64,000 nucleotides of DNA from an uncultured Gammaproteobacteria bacterium (lineage in GTDB: Bacteria; Patescibacteriota; Patescibacteriia; UBA10025; JAHIVO01). Positions 33,149-43,752 of this stretch are shown here, one piece after another. The notes under the pieces were generated by a model. The model was not told where the DNA came from and ran no database searches. It saw only the letters and a list, made by a program, of their open reading frames with translations. Both the position numbers and the translations under genes were made by a program. Numbering within the stretch: position 1 is the first letter of the stretch; each line of letters starts with the position of its first letter. Where the stretch lies: positions 58,013 through 122,012 of the forward strand of contig CAZQBL010000007.1 of the NCBI GenBank assembly GCA_964592105.1. Direction: 5' to 3'.

Positions 33149-35269
33149 TCACAATTCGGTATTAACGCTAGGATTAGTATCTGTATTTGTATTGGAATTG
33201 GTGTCGACCGACTTGATAACCCGGCTTTTACCGGTAACCAGTGGGTCGCTGGATAAATCCGTGGTCACGGCTGGTTGAATTTTTGAGATTTTTTCACTTG
33301 TAAAAGTATCTTCGGCTAAAAGCTGCGTTTCGCCTAATAGATTAAGTTCATGACCGATATCACCAGCCTGGGGTGTTACGCTTACAGAAAAACTAGCTTC
33401 CAGCTCGGCAATAGTCTGGCCGACCTGCGGGGGGATTTTATTTACGGTCCAACTGAGCATTCTGGTAGCAGGTTCATAGCTGAAATTACCAGCCGAAACC
33501 CTGGCATCGTTTACCCAATTCACTCCTGAAGGCAGTGTGGCGGACACAACCACATCCTTTATCTCATTGGCGTTATTCCGCAGATACCAGTAAATTTTAT
33601 AAACGGTGGTCTTACCCACTTCCGGCGGTAAAGGCCCTCTGCCCACTGGCAAATACTGATCATCATAATACCTGCCCTCGACCCGCAAATCAGCACGAGT
33701 TGTTAATTTGGTGGTAATATCATTGCTTTGAACCTCGAGCGGCAGGCCGTCTAAATCGACAACGTTATTTGAACTCGCTGCGGCTTTACTGATCAAAATA
33801 TAATTTTTATCACTAGGTCTCTGGGCCACCACTGAATCCTTGATTTTTATTTTGAAAGAAATCTCCCCACCCTCACCGGGCGGCACCGACTTCAGCGCCG
33901 GCATACTGCCTTCATTCCATTTAATTTTTCTACCGCTGACCTCGCCAGTCACCGGCATCTGGAGTGTGCTCCAATCAAAAAGCTCACCATCAAGCTCCAC
34001 GCTGACAATCATATTGTTAATGACGGACTGACTGTCATTCTGATATTTAACCAAATACTCCAGCTCCTCGCCGAAATGGCCGACATTATTGGTTGTGCTG
34101 CCATTTATGGATAAAGACAGGATGAGCTGAGGATTGACGATAAAAATTATAGCCGACTCTTCATTCTGCTTGTGATATTGCCTCTGGGCGTCCAAATAAC
34201 CCAATTCTGTTTTTAATTCACGGGCAGAACCCTCCTTGGCCGTAATTGTCCCCTGCCAGGATATTGTCTTGGTTTCTTTACTGTCGATTTTATCGAACTC
34301 CCAAACGTTTCCGGACTTAGTCGCTGGCGGATCAAAAGCTGAAACCAATAGATCGTCAGGCAGTACCAAAGTGAACTGTACATGTTCGAATTGTTCTTTA
34401 GAATTATTGGTAATAATTATTTTATAATCAGCCCGCTTGCCGCTGACGACCTTGGTCGGCACCGATAAATCTAAATCCAAAGCCGAACCCGAGATCACCA
34501 AACTAAAATCGCTAGCTCTCGTAAAATCCGAATTAAAGTTAGCCGGACGATAAATCATGACCAAGTGGAAATTTACTGAACTTCCTTTATCGGCGGTTAA
34601 GATGCCGATGATTTGAATTTTTTTTGCCGCCCCGGATTTTATACTATTCAATTTCCAGGTATTGCCGGCTTCGTCATCCGGCGAGGGCGAAGCACTGCGC
34701 AACTCAAAACTGGCCGGGGCCTGAAGTATCAGTTCAGCATTTTTTATATCCACGGCGCCGTTATTGACCGCTTCCATGGTAAAAGTGAATTCCTCCCCAG
34801 AAGCAATACTAGTCGGCAACTTGGTGTTGATAACGATATCCTCTTCATTGAACTTATCTCCCCGCTGAATAAAAAAATAAAAACCCGCCAGTGTGGCCAG
34901 TAATAATATTAATAAAATACCTATAATTAAACCAATAATTTTTTTCTTTCGGTTGGGGTCCCGCCTGACTATTGTTTTCATATCAACTTTATCTTCATTG
35001 TCAGTCCGGTAGAGAGCTGCAAAATTTTCCGCCGTGGCATCTTCGGATTCTTTTTTTCCTTTAGCTGGGCTATGCTCTTCTGCCGGGGTTATCACTATTT
35101 TTGTCACAGTTTCGGACTTTTCTGAATCGACCGCTTGTCCGGATAATAATTCTTTTATCTCCGCCCGGGCTCGCTCAAGTTTTTTATCCTCTTTTGAGCT
35201 GTCCTGGCCCGAATTTGTATTTTTGGTTTTCGTGGTGTTGGTGTTTGTATTTTTTAGTTGACGTGCCAT
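33149..35269 (-). CDS. Membrane-anchored multi-Ig-like (DUF11-type) surface protein
   Basis: Single TM, beta-rich repeats, GPLPPEVGKTTVY.IYW motif. Confidence 0.8.
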   Translation of the reverse strand: MARQLKNTNTNTTKTKNTNSGQDSSKEDKKLERARAEIKELLSGQAVDSEKSETVTKIVITPAEEHSPAKGKKESEDATAENFAALYRTDNEDKVDMKTIVRRDPNRKKKIIGLIIGILLILLLATLAGFYFFIQRGDKFNEEDIVINTKLPTSIASGEEFTFTMEAVNNGAVDIKNAELILQAPASFELRSASPSPDDEAGNTWKLNSIKSGAAKKIQIIGILTADKGSSVNFHLVMIYRPANFNSDFTRASDFSLVISGSALDLDLSVPTKVVSGKRADYKIIITNNSKEQFEHVQFTLVLPDDLLVSAFDPPATKSGNVWEFDKIDSKETKTISWQGTITAKEGSARELKTELGYLDAQRQYHKQNEESAIIFIVNPQLILSLSINGSTTNNVGHFGEELEYLVKYQNDSQSVINNMIVSVELDGELFDWSTLQMPVTGEVSGRKIKWNEGSMPALKSVPPGEGGEISFKIKIKDSVVAQRPSDKNYILISKAAASSNNVVDLDGLPLEVQSNDITTKLTTRADLRVEGRYYDDQYLPVGRGPLPPEVGKTTVYKIYWYLRNNANEIKDVVVSATLPSGVNWVNDARVSAGNFSYEPATRMLSWTVNKIPPQVGQTIAELEASFSVSVTPQAGDIGHELNLLGETQLLAEDTFTSEKISKIQPAVTTDLSSDPLVTGKSRVIKSVDTNSNTNTDTNPSVNTEL

Positions 35270-35343
35270 ATGATTATATTATAGCAGATATTTACCCACT
35301 GACAAATAATTCCTCTTACAGAGACTTTTGACAACGTGAAATT

Positions 35344-36087
35344 CTATAAAGAAATGTTGCCGACGATTTTATCTTCCAGTATGTAATTCAAAAAATCTTC
35401 AGTCAAAGATGATAGCTCCGACTCCAATTTTTTTGCCAATTTTAATCTGCCCGCTTCTCTTAAAGATGAAGTATAAATTAACCTCAATACCTTCAGGGCG
35501 TTTTCCGAGATAAGTCTGTCTTCCTTAAGTTCATGATTACAGGCCAAGCAAATAACCCCGCCTCTTTTGTTACTAAAATAATTGAAGCCCGGCGGTATCG
35601 GTTGGCCACAGCCCTGACATTTATACAACTCCGGCTGATAACCCAAGCTAACCAAATACCGCCAAACAAAATAAAACTTTACCAAGAGGAGTTTGCTGTT
35701 TTTAATTTCCGGGGCTTCGAGATAATACAGCGACTCCAAAAGCAATTGGAAAATCCTGGTATCCTTCTGGTGTTCTTTGGTGGAACTATTAACGAGATAA
35801 CAAAACCAGCCAGCCAGCCAAATCTTAGTCAGACTGTTTTTTATATTTTTGAAATTAGTTATCACATCAGAACCGACTACAGTGTCGTGATTCTTGCCTT
35901 GAGCCACCATGACCTTAGTCAATATTAGCGGCTCCAGACTGCCAGCCAGTTTACTGGTTATCTTCCGAGCGCCTTTGGCCAGAAGTTTTATTTTTCCATA
36001 TTCTTCAGAATAAATAAACAAGAGCTTATCGGCTTCGCGCCAATTCTGGTGCCTAATTATTATCCCGTGCGCATTATAAACGCCCAT
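35344..36087 (-). CDS. recO: DNA repair protein RecO
   Basis: EADKL...GK...AKGARK..SKL; GYQPEL..CQGC...GGVIC..C. Confidence 0.95.
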   Translation of the reverse strand: MGVYNAHGIIIRHQNWREADKLLFIYSEEYGKIKLLAKGARKITSKLAGSLEPLILTKVMVAQGKNHDTVVGSDVITNFKNIKNSLTKIWLAGWFCYLVNSSTKEHQKDTRIFQLLLESLYYLEAPEIKNSKLLLVKFYFVWRYLVSLGYQPELYKCQGCGQPIPPGFNYFSNKRGGVICLACNHELKEDRLISENALKVLRLIYTSSLREAGRLKLAKKLESELSSLTEDFLNYILEDKIVGNISL

Positions 36088-36099
36088 GGAATCATGAAA

Positions 36100-39000
36100 T
36101 TACTTTTTTTTAATGGCCAAAGTTATATTTTTACCGTTAATCTTCAGAATCTTCTTTAAATCCACATTATCAGGAAGACCCTTCAAACAATCAACCGCCA
36201 ATACCTCTTGACAAACAATATTTTTGTAATGTAAAAAAGTTCCGGATAATTCCTTGCTGGGTATTTCATAATAAACCGTCACCGAGTCGTTAATCGTCAG
36301 CTTGGCGTCTTTGCGCATGGCGTTTATATGACGCACTATTTCGCGGATCAGACCTTTCTGTTTCAATTCATCGGTGATAGTAATATCCAGGGCGACTTTC
36401 AAACCGCCGCCCTCTTTGGAAACGAATTCGTCTCCTGAAGGAAGTTTTGGCACAAAAACAACATCCTCAACATTCATTTCTTCCTTAAGTATAGCTTTAA
36501 AACTTTCCTCCAGCTGATTATGGGCTACAATGAATTGTGCCAGAGGCTGGCGGACTTTTAAACTGCACTCTTTGCGCAAAGCATGGCCGAGTTCAACCGC
36601 CTGCCTGACGACCTGCATTTTTTTCAGTAATTCCTGATCAAACATATCTGGCCCGACCTCCGGCCATTTTTCCAAATGAACGCTCGGTTGCTTACCATAT
36701 AATTCACTGTAAATTTTTTCGGCAATAAATGGTGCAAACGGAGCTAATAATTTCACCAACTGCGTTAAAACATGATGCAAAGTGGACAAAGCTTGTTGTT
36801 TATCCGCGCCTTCTTTTTTAAACCGGCTACGTGAGCGGCGAACATACCAAGTGGACAGTTCGGCAATGAATTCACCGATCGCCCGACCGGCTTCTGTCAC
36901 CTGATATTTATTTAATCCGTCCGTAACTGTTTTGATCAGGGCGTTCAATTTTGCCATCACCCAGCGATCCAGAATGTGTGAAGCACTGTTTACGGTTAAC
37001 TGATTACTGTCTAAGGTGGACTGATTATCATACATTTTCCAGAACGAAAATATATTCCACAAAATAAGCCAGTTCTTCTTGACTACATCCTCAAGGTTTT
37101 TTTCATCGAATAACTTAGTGTCGCCCGGCTGATTCACGGTGTAGAGATGCCAACGCAGGGTATCGGCTCCATATTTATCGATCATGGCGAACGGATCAAC
37201 TATATTACCTTTGGACTTGGACATCTTCTGACCCTTAGCATCTAAAATCAAATTCAGGCAAATAACATTTTTATAGGGCGCACCCTTGCCCAATAATGTT
37301 GAAATAGCCAGTAAAGTATAAAACCAGCCGCGCGTCTGATCAATGGCTTCGGCTATATATTCGGCCGGAAAACTTAAACCTTGATCAACTCTCTCTTTAT
37401 TGGCGAACGGATAATGCCATTGAGCAAACGGCATAGCCCCTGAATCAAACCACACGTCAATCACCTCTTTTACCCGATGCATTTTCCCGCCGCATTCGCA
37501 TTTTAATTTTATGTCATCGACAAATGGGCGGTGTAAGTCGAGCGCGTCGCTTGTAGCGAGTGGCTTATGTTTTTTTGTCGCATGCCACATGCCACGCGCT
37601 TTTAATTCATCAATACTACCGATACACTCTTTCTTATTGCATTGCTCACATTCCCAAATTGGCAGTGGCGCGCCCCAATACCGCTCGCGGGAGAACGCCC
37701 AATCTTTCAACTCATTCAACCACTCGCCAAAACGGCCCTGCTTGATGTAGCCAGGCACCCAATTAATGCTCTGGTTGTTTTTTATCAATTGCTCCTTCAA
37801 CGCACTCATCCGAATAAACCAAGAGTCTTTGGCGTAATACAAGAGCGGCGTATTACAGCGCCAACAGAAGGGATAGTCATGCGTGTACATTTCTTCTTTA
37901 TACAACAATTCACGCTGGCGTAAATCACTCACAATACTTCTCTCTACTTCCTTATCCTTAACAAATCGGCCAGCCCACTTTGATACTTCTTTGGTAAAAT
38001 TACCATATTCATCCACCGTATGATGTTTGGGCAAGCCAACCTTCTCCCCCAGGCTATAATCGTCCTCGCCATACATGACCGCCGTGTGTACCACACCAGT
38101 ACCGTCTTCAATGGTAACAAAATCGGCCGCATAAACCTGATGCGTCTTGTCCGTACGCAACGGCTTGATATCATACAGCGGGATATATTTCAGGCCTACC
38201 AAGTCACGGCCTTGGAACTCCTTCTCAATTTTATATTCCCCCACCAATCGTCCCAGAGCGGCCTTGGCTAAAATATATGTCTCGCCCTCCTGCTCAACAG
38301 CCACATATTCGATATCCGCCCCGACCGCCAAGGCTACGTTGCCAGGCAAGGTCCAAGGCGTGGTCGTCCAGGACAATATAAATAAATCATCTTTAACTTT
38401 TGGCATGACTTTTTCAGGATTAACTACTAAAAACTTCACGTAAACGGAATTCTCACTCACGGAATCATAGCCTTGGGCGACTTCGTGGGACGATAAGGCC
38501 GTCCCGCAGCGCGGGCAGTGCGGCACGACTTTGTGACCTTTATACAACAAATCCTTATCCCAAATCTGTTTGATAATCCACCATAAAGATTCAATATATT
38601 CATTCTCATAGGTCACATACGGATGCTCCAAATCCAGCCAGTAGCCAATACGGCGAGTCATGTCCTCCCAGACTTTTCGATATCTCCAAACGCTCTCTTT
38701 GCATCTCTGATTAAACTTCTCTATGCCATATTTTTCAATCAAATCTTTAGTTGTTTGTAATTTAACCGAAGAGTGCAAATATGCTTCTTCCTTCATCTTC
38801 TCACTATTTTCTTTCCATTCAATATTTTTAACTTTTTTCTCCTCTAACTGTATTTCTTTTTCTACCTGAAGTTCAACAGGCAAACCATGTGTGTCCCAAC
38901 CGGCTTTACGCTCAACAAAAAACCCCTGCATGGTTTTAAACCGACAGATAATATCTTTATAGGCCCGCGCCAAAACATGATGAATACCCGGCTTGCCATT

Positions 39001-39156
39001 GGCCGTGGGCGGACCCTCAAAAAAAACAAAATGCTTACCGGCCTTAGTTTTGTCTAAAGTCTTTTGAAAAATTTTTTCTTTTTCCCAAAATTTGAGAATC
39101 TTTTCCTCCATCTTGGGAAAATCTATCTTATCACTTTTCTGTTGTGCTGGTTCCAT
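36100..39156 (-). CDS. ileS: Isoleucyl-tRNA synthetase, type 2
   Basis: EGPPTANGKPGIHH, GWDTHGLP, WTTTPWTL, DQTRGWFY, KMSKSKGN, VRQPL. Confidence 0.97.
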   Translation of the reverse strand: MEPAQQKSDKIDFPKMEEKILKFWEKEKIFQKTLDKTKAGKHFVFFEGPPTANGKPGIHHVLARAYKDIICRFKTMQGFFVERKAGWDTHGLPVELQVEKEIQLEEKKVKNIEWKENSEKMKEEAYLHSSVKLQTTKDLIEKYGIEKFNQRCKESVWRYRKVWEDMTRRIGYWLDLEHPYVTYENEYIESLWWIIKQIWDKDLLYKGHKVVPHCPRCGTALSSHEVAQGYDSVSENSVYVKFLVVNPEKVMPKVKDDLFILSWTTTPWTLPGNVALAVGADIEYVAVEQEGETYILAKAALGRLVGEYKIEKEFQGRDLVGLKYIPLYDIKPLRTDKTHQVYAADFVTIEDGTGVVHTAVMYGEDDYSLGEKVGLPKHHTVDEYGNFTKEVSKWAGRFVKDKEVERSIVSDLRQRELLYKEEMYTHDYPFCWRCNTPLLYYAKDSWFIRMSALKEQLIKNNQSINWVPGYIKQGRFGEWLNELKDWAFSRERYWGAPLPIWECEQCNKKECIGSIDELKARGMWHATKKHKPLATSDALDLHRPFVDDIKLKCECGGKMHRVKEVIDVWFDSGAMPFAQWHYPFANKERVDQGLSFPAEYIAEAIDQTRGWFYTLLAISTLLGKGAPYKNVICLNLILDAKGQKMSKSKGNIVDPFAMIDKYGADTLRWHLYTVNQPGDTKLFDEKNLEDVVKKNWLILWNIFSFWKMYDNQSTLDSNQLTVNSASHILDRWVMAKLNALIKTVTDGLNKYQVTEAGRAIGEFIAELSTWYVRRSRSRFKKEGADKQQALSTLHHVLTQLVKLLAPFAPFIAEKIYSELYGKQPSVHLEKWPEVGPDMFDQELLKKMQVVRQAVELGHALRKECSLKVRQPLAQFIVAHNQLEESFKAILKEEMNVEDVVFVPKLPSGDEFVSKEGGGLKVALDITITDELKQKGLIREIVRHINAMRKDAKLTINDSVTVYYEIPSKELSGTFLHYKNIVCQEVLAVDCLKGLPDNVDLKKILKINGKNITLAIKKK

Positions 39157-39199
39157 ATGATAATCATTATTGTACAAAAAAACATCCAAATTAACAAGT

Positions 39200-40044
39200 C
39201 CTATACAGTTAACAATTAAAAATTACGGTTTAACGGTCTTGGGTTGATAGTGTTCATTAGGTAATCAATGAGATAGCAAACACCATGTCATAACCAATCA
39301 TGCAAATATGTAAAATCAAATTAGCCTCAATCCAACTCTTTATACCAAGAATATTATAATTCTCGGCAAAGACGCTATCAGAACTACCTGACCAACAGAC
39401 ACAAATTATAACATCACCGTTATTATCTCCACAAAAAATACCAGGATAACAAAAATAATAGAAAAGAAGTAAGTTACGGACACACTAATTTTACCAAACT
39501 TTAATCGGGGATAATAATTGCCAAAATCGGTATTCAACTCTGAAACTTTCACTACCGAATTAAACACGTACCACATAAATCTTATATGATCAATCCACCA
39601 GAAAAAGGCACTGACAATTATGACAAATAAATGCGTATCCCCGCCAAACATAATAAATGGTAAAGTCAGCAGTAAGGGCCACATTGCGCCGAACAAGGTA
39701 AGGTGATAGGTGGCGACTACCGGTATGCCCATTCGATGACCATAAACTAGTGCGGCCCAAGCCAGCGAAAAAGGACTGTGGAAATGCATGACGTCAGGCT
39801 GAAAATCTTGGATTATTTTTTTGACTTTGATAGGCAGAGCGTATGGGTATTGTTTATATATTGGCAATGTAAAAGACGGCACGCAGATCATAGGAGCGTC
39901 CTGGTGTTCTGCAGTGGGCAGTTTACCGGTCACAAATAAACTTGTTATCCGACGCTTATTAAAATAGTCGATCAGCCTATAAATATAACGAGCCACGCCG
40001 TCAACATTATATTCCATTGATTCGGCAAAGTGTAACAATCTCAT
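39200..40044 (-). pseudogene. Chimeric relic: GT4 glycosyltransferase N-domain joined to a decayed membrane-protein segment
   Basis: NVDGVARY...PDVMHFHSPF...PVVATYH switches abruptly to hydrophobic sequence; further stops lie beyond 39406; the GT C-domain is absent. Confidence 0.65.
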
Positions 40045-40051
40045 ATTTTTT

Positions 40052-40342
40052 TTAATTATAATTCCCCGATATATTAGCCAGAAGCAATTTAATTATAATC
40101 GGTAAAAAAAGTTTAACCTGGCTCAGCTCTCCGCCTTTAACTAGACTAATACTTCTTTGGCTTAGATAAAATAATTGCGCTAGGAATCCAATTAAAGCCT
40201 TATTAGCCTTGCCCTTCTCCGGACAGATCGTGATTTTAATTTTTAAAAAATCGTCGAGAGTGTCGACGATCTGATTTTCTCTGGCATAAGTCAATAATTT
40301 AACCTGAACGATAACGCCATCTTCATGCTGGTGATACCACAT
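40052..40342 (-). CDS. DUF167/YggU family protein (degenerate-looking)
   Basis: LKIKI...PEKGKANKALIGFLA...ISLVKG..S..K. Confidence 0.75.
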   Translation of the reverse strand: MWYHQHEDGVIVQVKLLTYARENQIVDTLDDFLKIKITICPEKGKANKALIGFLAQLFYLSQRSISLVKGGELSQVKLFLPIIIKLLLANISGNYN

Positions 40343-40343
40343 A

Positions 40344-41480
40344 TTACTTCTTCAAGCTTTCGTACACCTTAATGGTTTCCAGCGCGCACTTCTCCCAGGA
40401 AAACTTCTTAGCTTGTTCGAGGCCCTTCTGCTTAAGACTATCCTGAAGTTTCTTATCCTCCAATAATCTTTGCAGAGCTCGGGCGATATCCTGTTCTTTC
40501 TCCGGATCAACCAATAAAGCTGCTTTCCCGGCTACTTCCGGCATTGATGAAACATTACTAGTAATTACCGGCGTACCTAGAGCCATAGCCTCCAAAACTG
40601 GCAGGCCAAAACCCTCATAACTAGAAGGGAAAGCAAAACAAACAGCTTTTTTCAGTAATTCTATTTTCTGATTTTGAGTGACATAGCCAATACATTTCAC
40701 CTGTTTGCTTAATCGTTCTGATTTAATCGCTGAAAAAATATCCTCACTTTTATAGCCGCTGGCACCAGCCAAGATCAGCTGATAAGCACTATGGGTCGGA
40801 CTGGCATCCAAAAAAATCTTAAAGGCACGCACTAAAGAAATTAAATTCTTTCGCGGCTCCAAAGTTCCAATAAAAAGAACGTATTTAGAGCCAATTTTGA
40901 ACTTGATTAACGAATCAAGGTCTTTGCTTTTCACTGGAATCTTATTAACTACTGCGCCTTCGTAGACAACCCTGATTTTCTTATCGGGGACATTGAAAAT
41001 TTCTTTGAGATCTTTTTTGGTACTTTGCGAGACGGCAATAATTCTGTCAGCTTTTTTCAGACTCTGTGGGACCAGCAGTTTGGTTGAGAAAATCTGCCCG
41101 GGGAACCAGGCGGGATTTTTGTAAATCGCCAGATCATGCACGGTCACAATCGATTTTTTCGGATACGTCAGGGGCAATGATGTAATGGGCGAATGAAAAA
41201 TATCCAGGCCTTCTTTCATCAGATAGGCGGTGATCAGCATGTGCGAATAAGCAAAGGGTAAAAATTTATTATACTGCGAAAAAGGGAAATGCTTTATCTT
41301 TATATTTTTTTGTTCGAATTCCCTGGTGTCCTGGACTCGCCAGTCGAAATACAAAACGTACTCGTTTCTCTTATCGAGCTTAAGTAAGTTTTTTACTAAA
41401 TAATATGTATAGTGACCGACACCGGCACGTTCGCCTATTTTGGGATTTAAAATTGTTCTGCAATCAATGCCTATTCTCAT
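40344..41480 (-). CDS. GT4 glycosyltransferase (MtfB/WbpY-like)
   Basis: [33 protein letters not shown]. Confidence 0.93.
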   Translation of the reverse strand: MRIGIDCRTILNPKIGERAGVGHYTYYLVKNLLKLDKRNEYVLYFDWRVQDTREFEQKNIKIKHFPFSQYNKFLPFAYSHMLITAYLMKEGLDIFHSPITSLPLTYPKKSIVTVHDLAIYKNPAWFPGQIFSTKLLVPQSLKKADRIIAVSQSTKKDLKEIFNVPDKKIRVVYEGAVVNKIPVKSKDLDSLIKFKIGSKYVLFIGTLEPRKNLISLVRAFKIFLDASPTHSAYQLILAGASGYKSEDIFSAIKSERLSKQVKCIGYVTQNQKIELLKKAVCFAFPSSYEGFGLPVLEAMALGTPVITSNVSSMPEVAGKAALLVDPEKEQDIARALQRLLEDKKLQDSLKQKGLEQAKKFSWEKCALETIKVYESLKK

Positions 41481-41561
41481 ATTCGTTATAGTCTAATGTT
41501 TTCGTTATCCGCCCGTATCGGTATCATTTATCGATAGGGTCTTAAAGGTAGATAACGATAC

Positions 41562-43205
41562 CTACATTCTCTCTGGCGCACTAACTCCCATAGCGGACAA
41601 AACATTTTGTAAAACTATTTGCGTGGCCTGGACGAGCTTCAGCCGGCGCTCGTTGACGAGCTGACCATTGATCACCCGGCAACGAGTATAAAAATTATGA
41701 AACTGGGTGGCCAAATCAATAGCATATTGGGGCAATCGGTGCACCTGATAGCTCTGCGCGACCTCCAAAATCAATTCTGGCCAACGAAACAATAAAACGA
41801 TCAATGCCCGCTCTGATTTATCAAGAATCGCCCTCTTATCCGAATTTGCTCGACGCAATTCTTTGACTTTTCTTATTATACTACAAATCCTAGCGTAAGC
41901 ATACTGGACGTAAAAAACCGGATTTTCTTCTGATTTTTTCTTGGCCAGATCCAGATCAAAATCCATGTGCGTATTGAAATCATACATCAAAAAGAAAAAC
42001 CTAGCGGCATCCACACCAACCTCGTCCACTAGTTCTTCCAGAGTAACAAAGACTCCCGCCCGTTTAGACATTTTTAGTTCCTGACCTGATTTCATAAACC
42101 GTACCATCTGGGCAATGATGATGTCCAGTTTTTTATCCAACAAAAAAATCTTCATAGCCGCCTTCATTCTTGGCACATAACCGTGATGATCCGCGCCCCA
42201 AATGTCAATCACTTTATCAAACTTCCTGGTAACCAATTTATTCCAGTGATAAGCGATGTCAGAAAGAAAATAAACTGGCTCCTCGTTGGCTTTGACTAGT
42301 ACACGGTCTTTCTCATCACCGAATGCTTTCGTCTTAAGCCAGATGGCTCCTTCTGATTTATACAGCAAGCCTTTTTCTTTGAATGCTTTTAAGATTTTAT
42401 CTACCAAGCCGCTGGTATAAAGAGTGTGTTCGAAAAACCATTTATCATATTTGATGCCCAATTTTTTTGCCAACAGTTTTTTGCTGTTACCGATCATTTT
42501 CCGCAATATCCTCCCCTTTATTTTATCTTTAATATCATCAAGTCTCTGATTTTTATTAAGTTTGTAGTTGGGGAGGTACAGTTGCCTGGCCAGCCGATCT
42601 ATATACTCACCCTGGTAGCAATAGTCAGGATATTCCATTTTTATACCTTGATGCTGCCAATAGCGACGCAAAACAGATTCGGCTAGAATTTTTACCTGAT
42701 TACCCACGTCATTAACGTAGTATTCCCTCTGGACTTTATAACCGGCCAGAGATAAAACATTGGCCAGGACATCACCACCAAAGCCGCCCCGGCCGTTGCC
42801 CACAGTGATCGGCCCAGTCGGGTTGGCCGAAACGAATTCTACCTGAACTTTTTGACCTCGCCCTGCGTCTCCCCGACCAAAATTCTTTTTGGCCAGAATT
42901 ATACTTTCCGTTTGGCCAGTCAACCATTTTTCCTTTAAATAAAAGTTCAAAAACCCGGGTTTAACAACCTCGATTTTTGAAAACATTACTCCTGGCTTCA
43001 AAGACTTGCTAATGTTTTCAGCGATATCCAGCGGCGATTTGTGCAATTTTGGCGCCAGTTTCATGGCCAGACTCGAGGTGTAATCTCCGAATTTAATATC
43101 AGGCGGGTAATTAATGCCCGCCTTGAACTCCTGACCCCTCAACTCCGGCCAAATCTTTAAGGCTGTTTTAATTATTTTATTTTCCAGTTGCTGTTTGATG
43201 TTCAT
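41562..43205 (-). CDS. argS: Arginyl-tRNA synthetase
   Basis: FGDY, PGFLNF, EFVSANPTGP, GADHHGY, MSKRAG, YVQYAYAR, APERM. Confidence 0.97.
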   Translation of the reverse strand: MNIKQQLENKIIKTALKIWPELRGQEFKAGINYPPDIKFGDYTSSLAMKLAPKLHKSPLDIAENISKSLKPGVMFSKIEVVKPGFLNFYLKEKWLTGQTESIILAKKNFGRGDAGRGQKVQVEFVSANPTGPITVGNGRGGFGGDVLANVLSLAGYKVQREYYVNDVGNQVKILAESVLRRYWQHQGIKMEYPDYCYQGEYIDRLARQLYLPNYKLNKNQRLDDIKDKIKGRILRKMIGNSKKLLAKKLGIKYDKWFFEHTLYTSGLVDKILKAFKEKGLLYKSEGAIWLKTKAFGDEKDRVLVKANEEPVYFLSDIAYHWNKLVTRKFDKVIDIWGADHHGYVPRMKAAMKIFLLDKKLDIIIAQMVRFMKSGQELKMSKRAGVFVTLEELVDEVGVDAARFFFLMYDFNTHMDFDLDLAKKKSEENPVFYVQYAYARICSIIRKVKELRRANSDKRAILDKSERALIVLLFRWPELILEVAQSYQVHRLPQYAIDLATQFHNFYTRCRVINGQLVNERRLKLVQATQIVLQNVLSAMGVSAPERM

Positions 43206-43416
43206 GACTAAATTATAACAATCCCCCACACCTTTTGTCTATGATGTATGAATCGGTCGTATTTTTTATAATCAATGAACACATACGAACCAACATTATT
43301 AGCATCATAATTATGTTATCAAACAAAAGATGTGGCGGATTGACAAATTAACCAAAAAGGTCTATTATTTTTTATTGATTTAACATAAAAAGCACCTTTT
43401 AAAAATGGAGGGATAA

Positions 43417-43672
43417 ATGCCTCAAACCGAAGTTAAAATTCTTGGCATCAGCACGACCGGTCTGCTTTCTCTTCTCATAAATAATAAATAAAGATGATAA
43501 AAAAATCATCGGTTTACAACAGGAAGTCTTGCTGAGCTTATTAACCCTAAAAGAAATTAGCGGGCGGCGACTGATTATCTTTTGTTGCGTGACACCTCGC
43601 ACCTCCTTCAGTTATGGCCTACCCCTTATTTGCCGCACCGTACCAGAAACCCATGACCTGCCTGTTGTGTAA
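43417..43672 (+). pseudogene. 82-aa hypothetical gene broken by a 7-nt tandem duplication
   Basis: TTGACA..TATTAT promoter, GGAGG SD, ATG at 43417; (ATAAATA)x2 at 43477-43490; removing one copy gives an open 83-codon frame. Confidence 0.6.
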
Positions 43673-43752
43673 TAATTATTAAAGACAAAGTATATAAACC
43701 ATATCTATCTATAAAATTTGTCAAGGGCGATTTCTCTCATTATAATAACCTC

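Noticed and set aside
43399-43602. Minus-strand 67-aa ORF with AAGGAGGT
   Set aside because: The plus-strand frameshifted gene has better promoter, SD and frame support.
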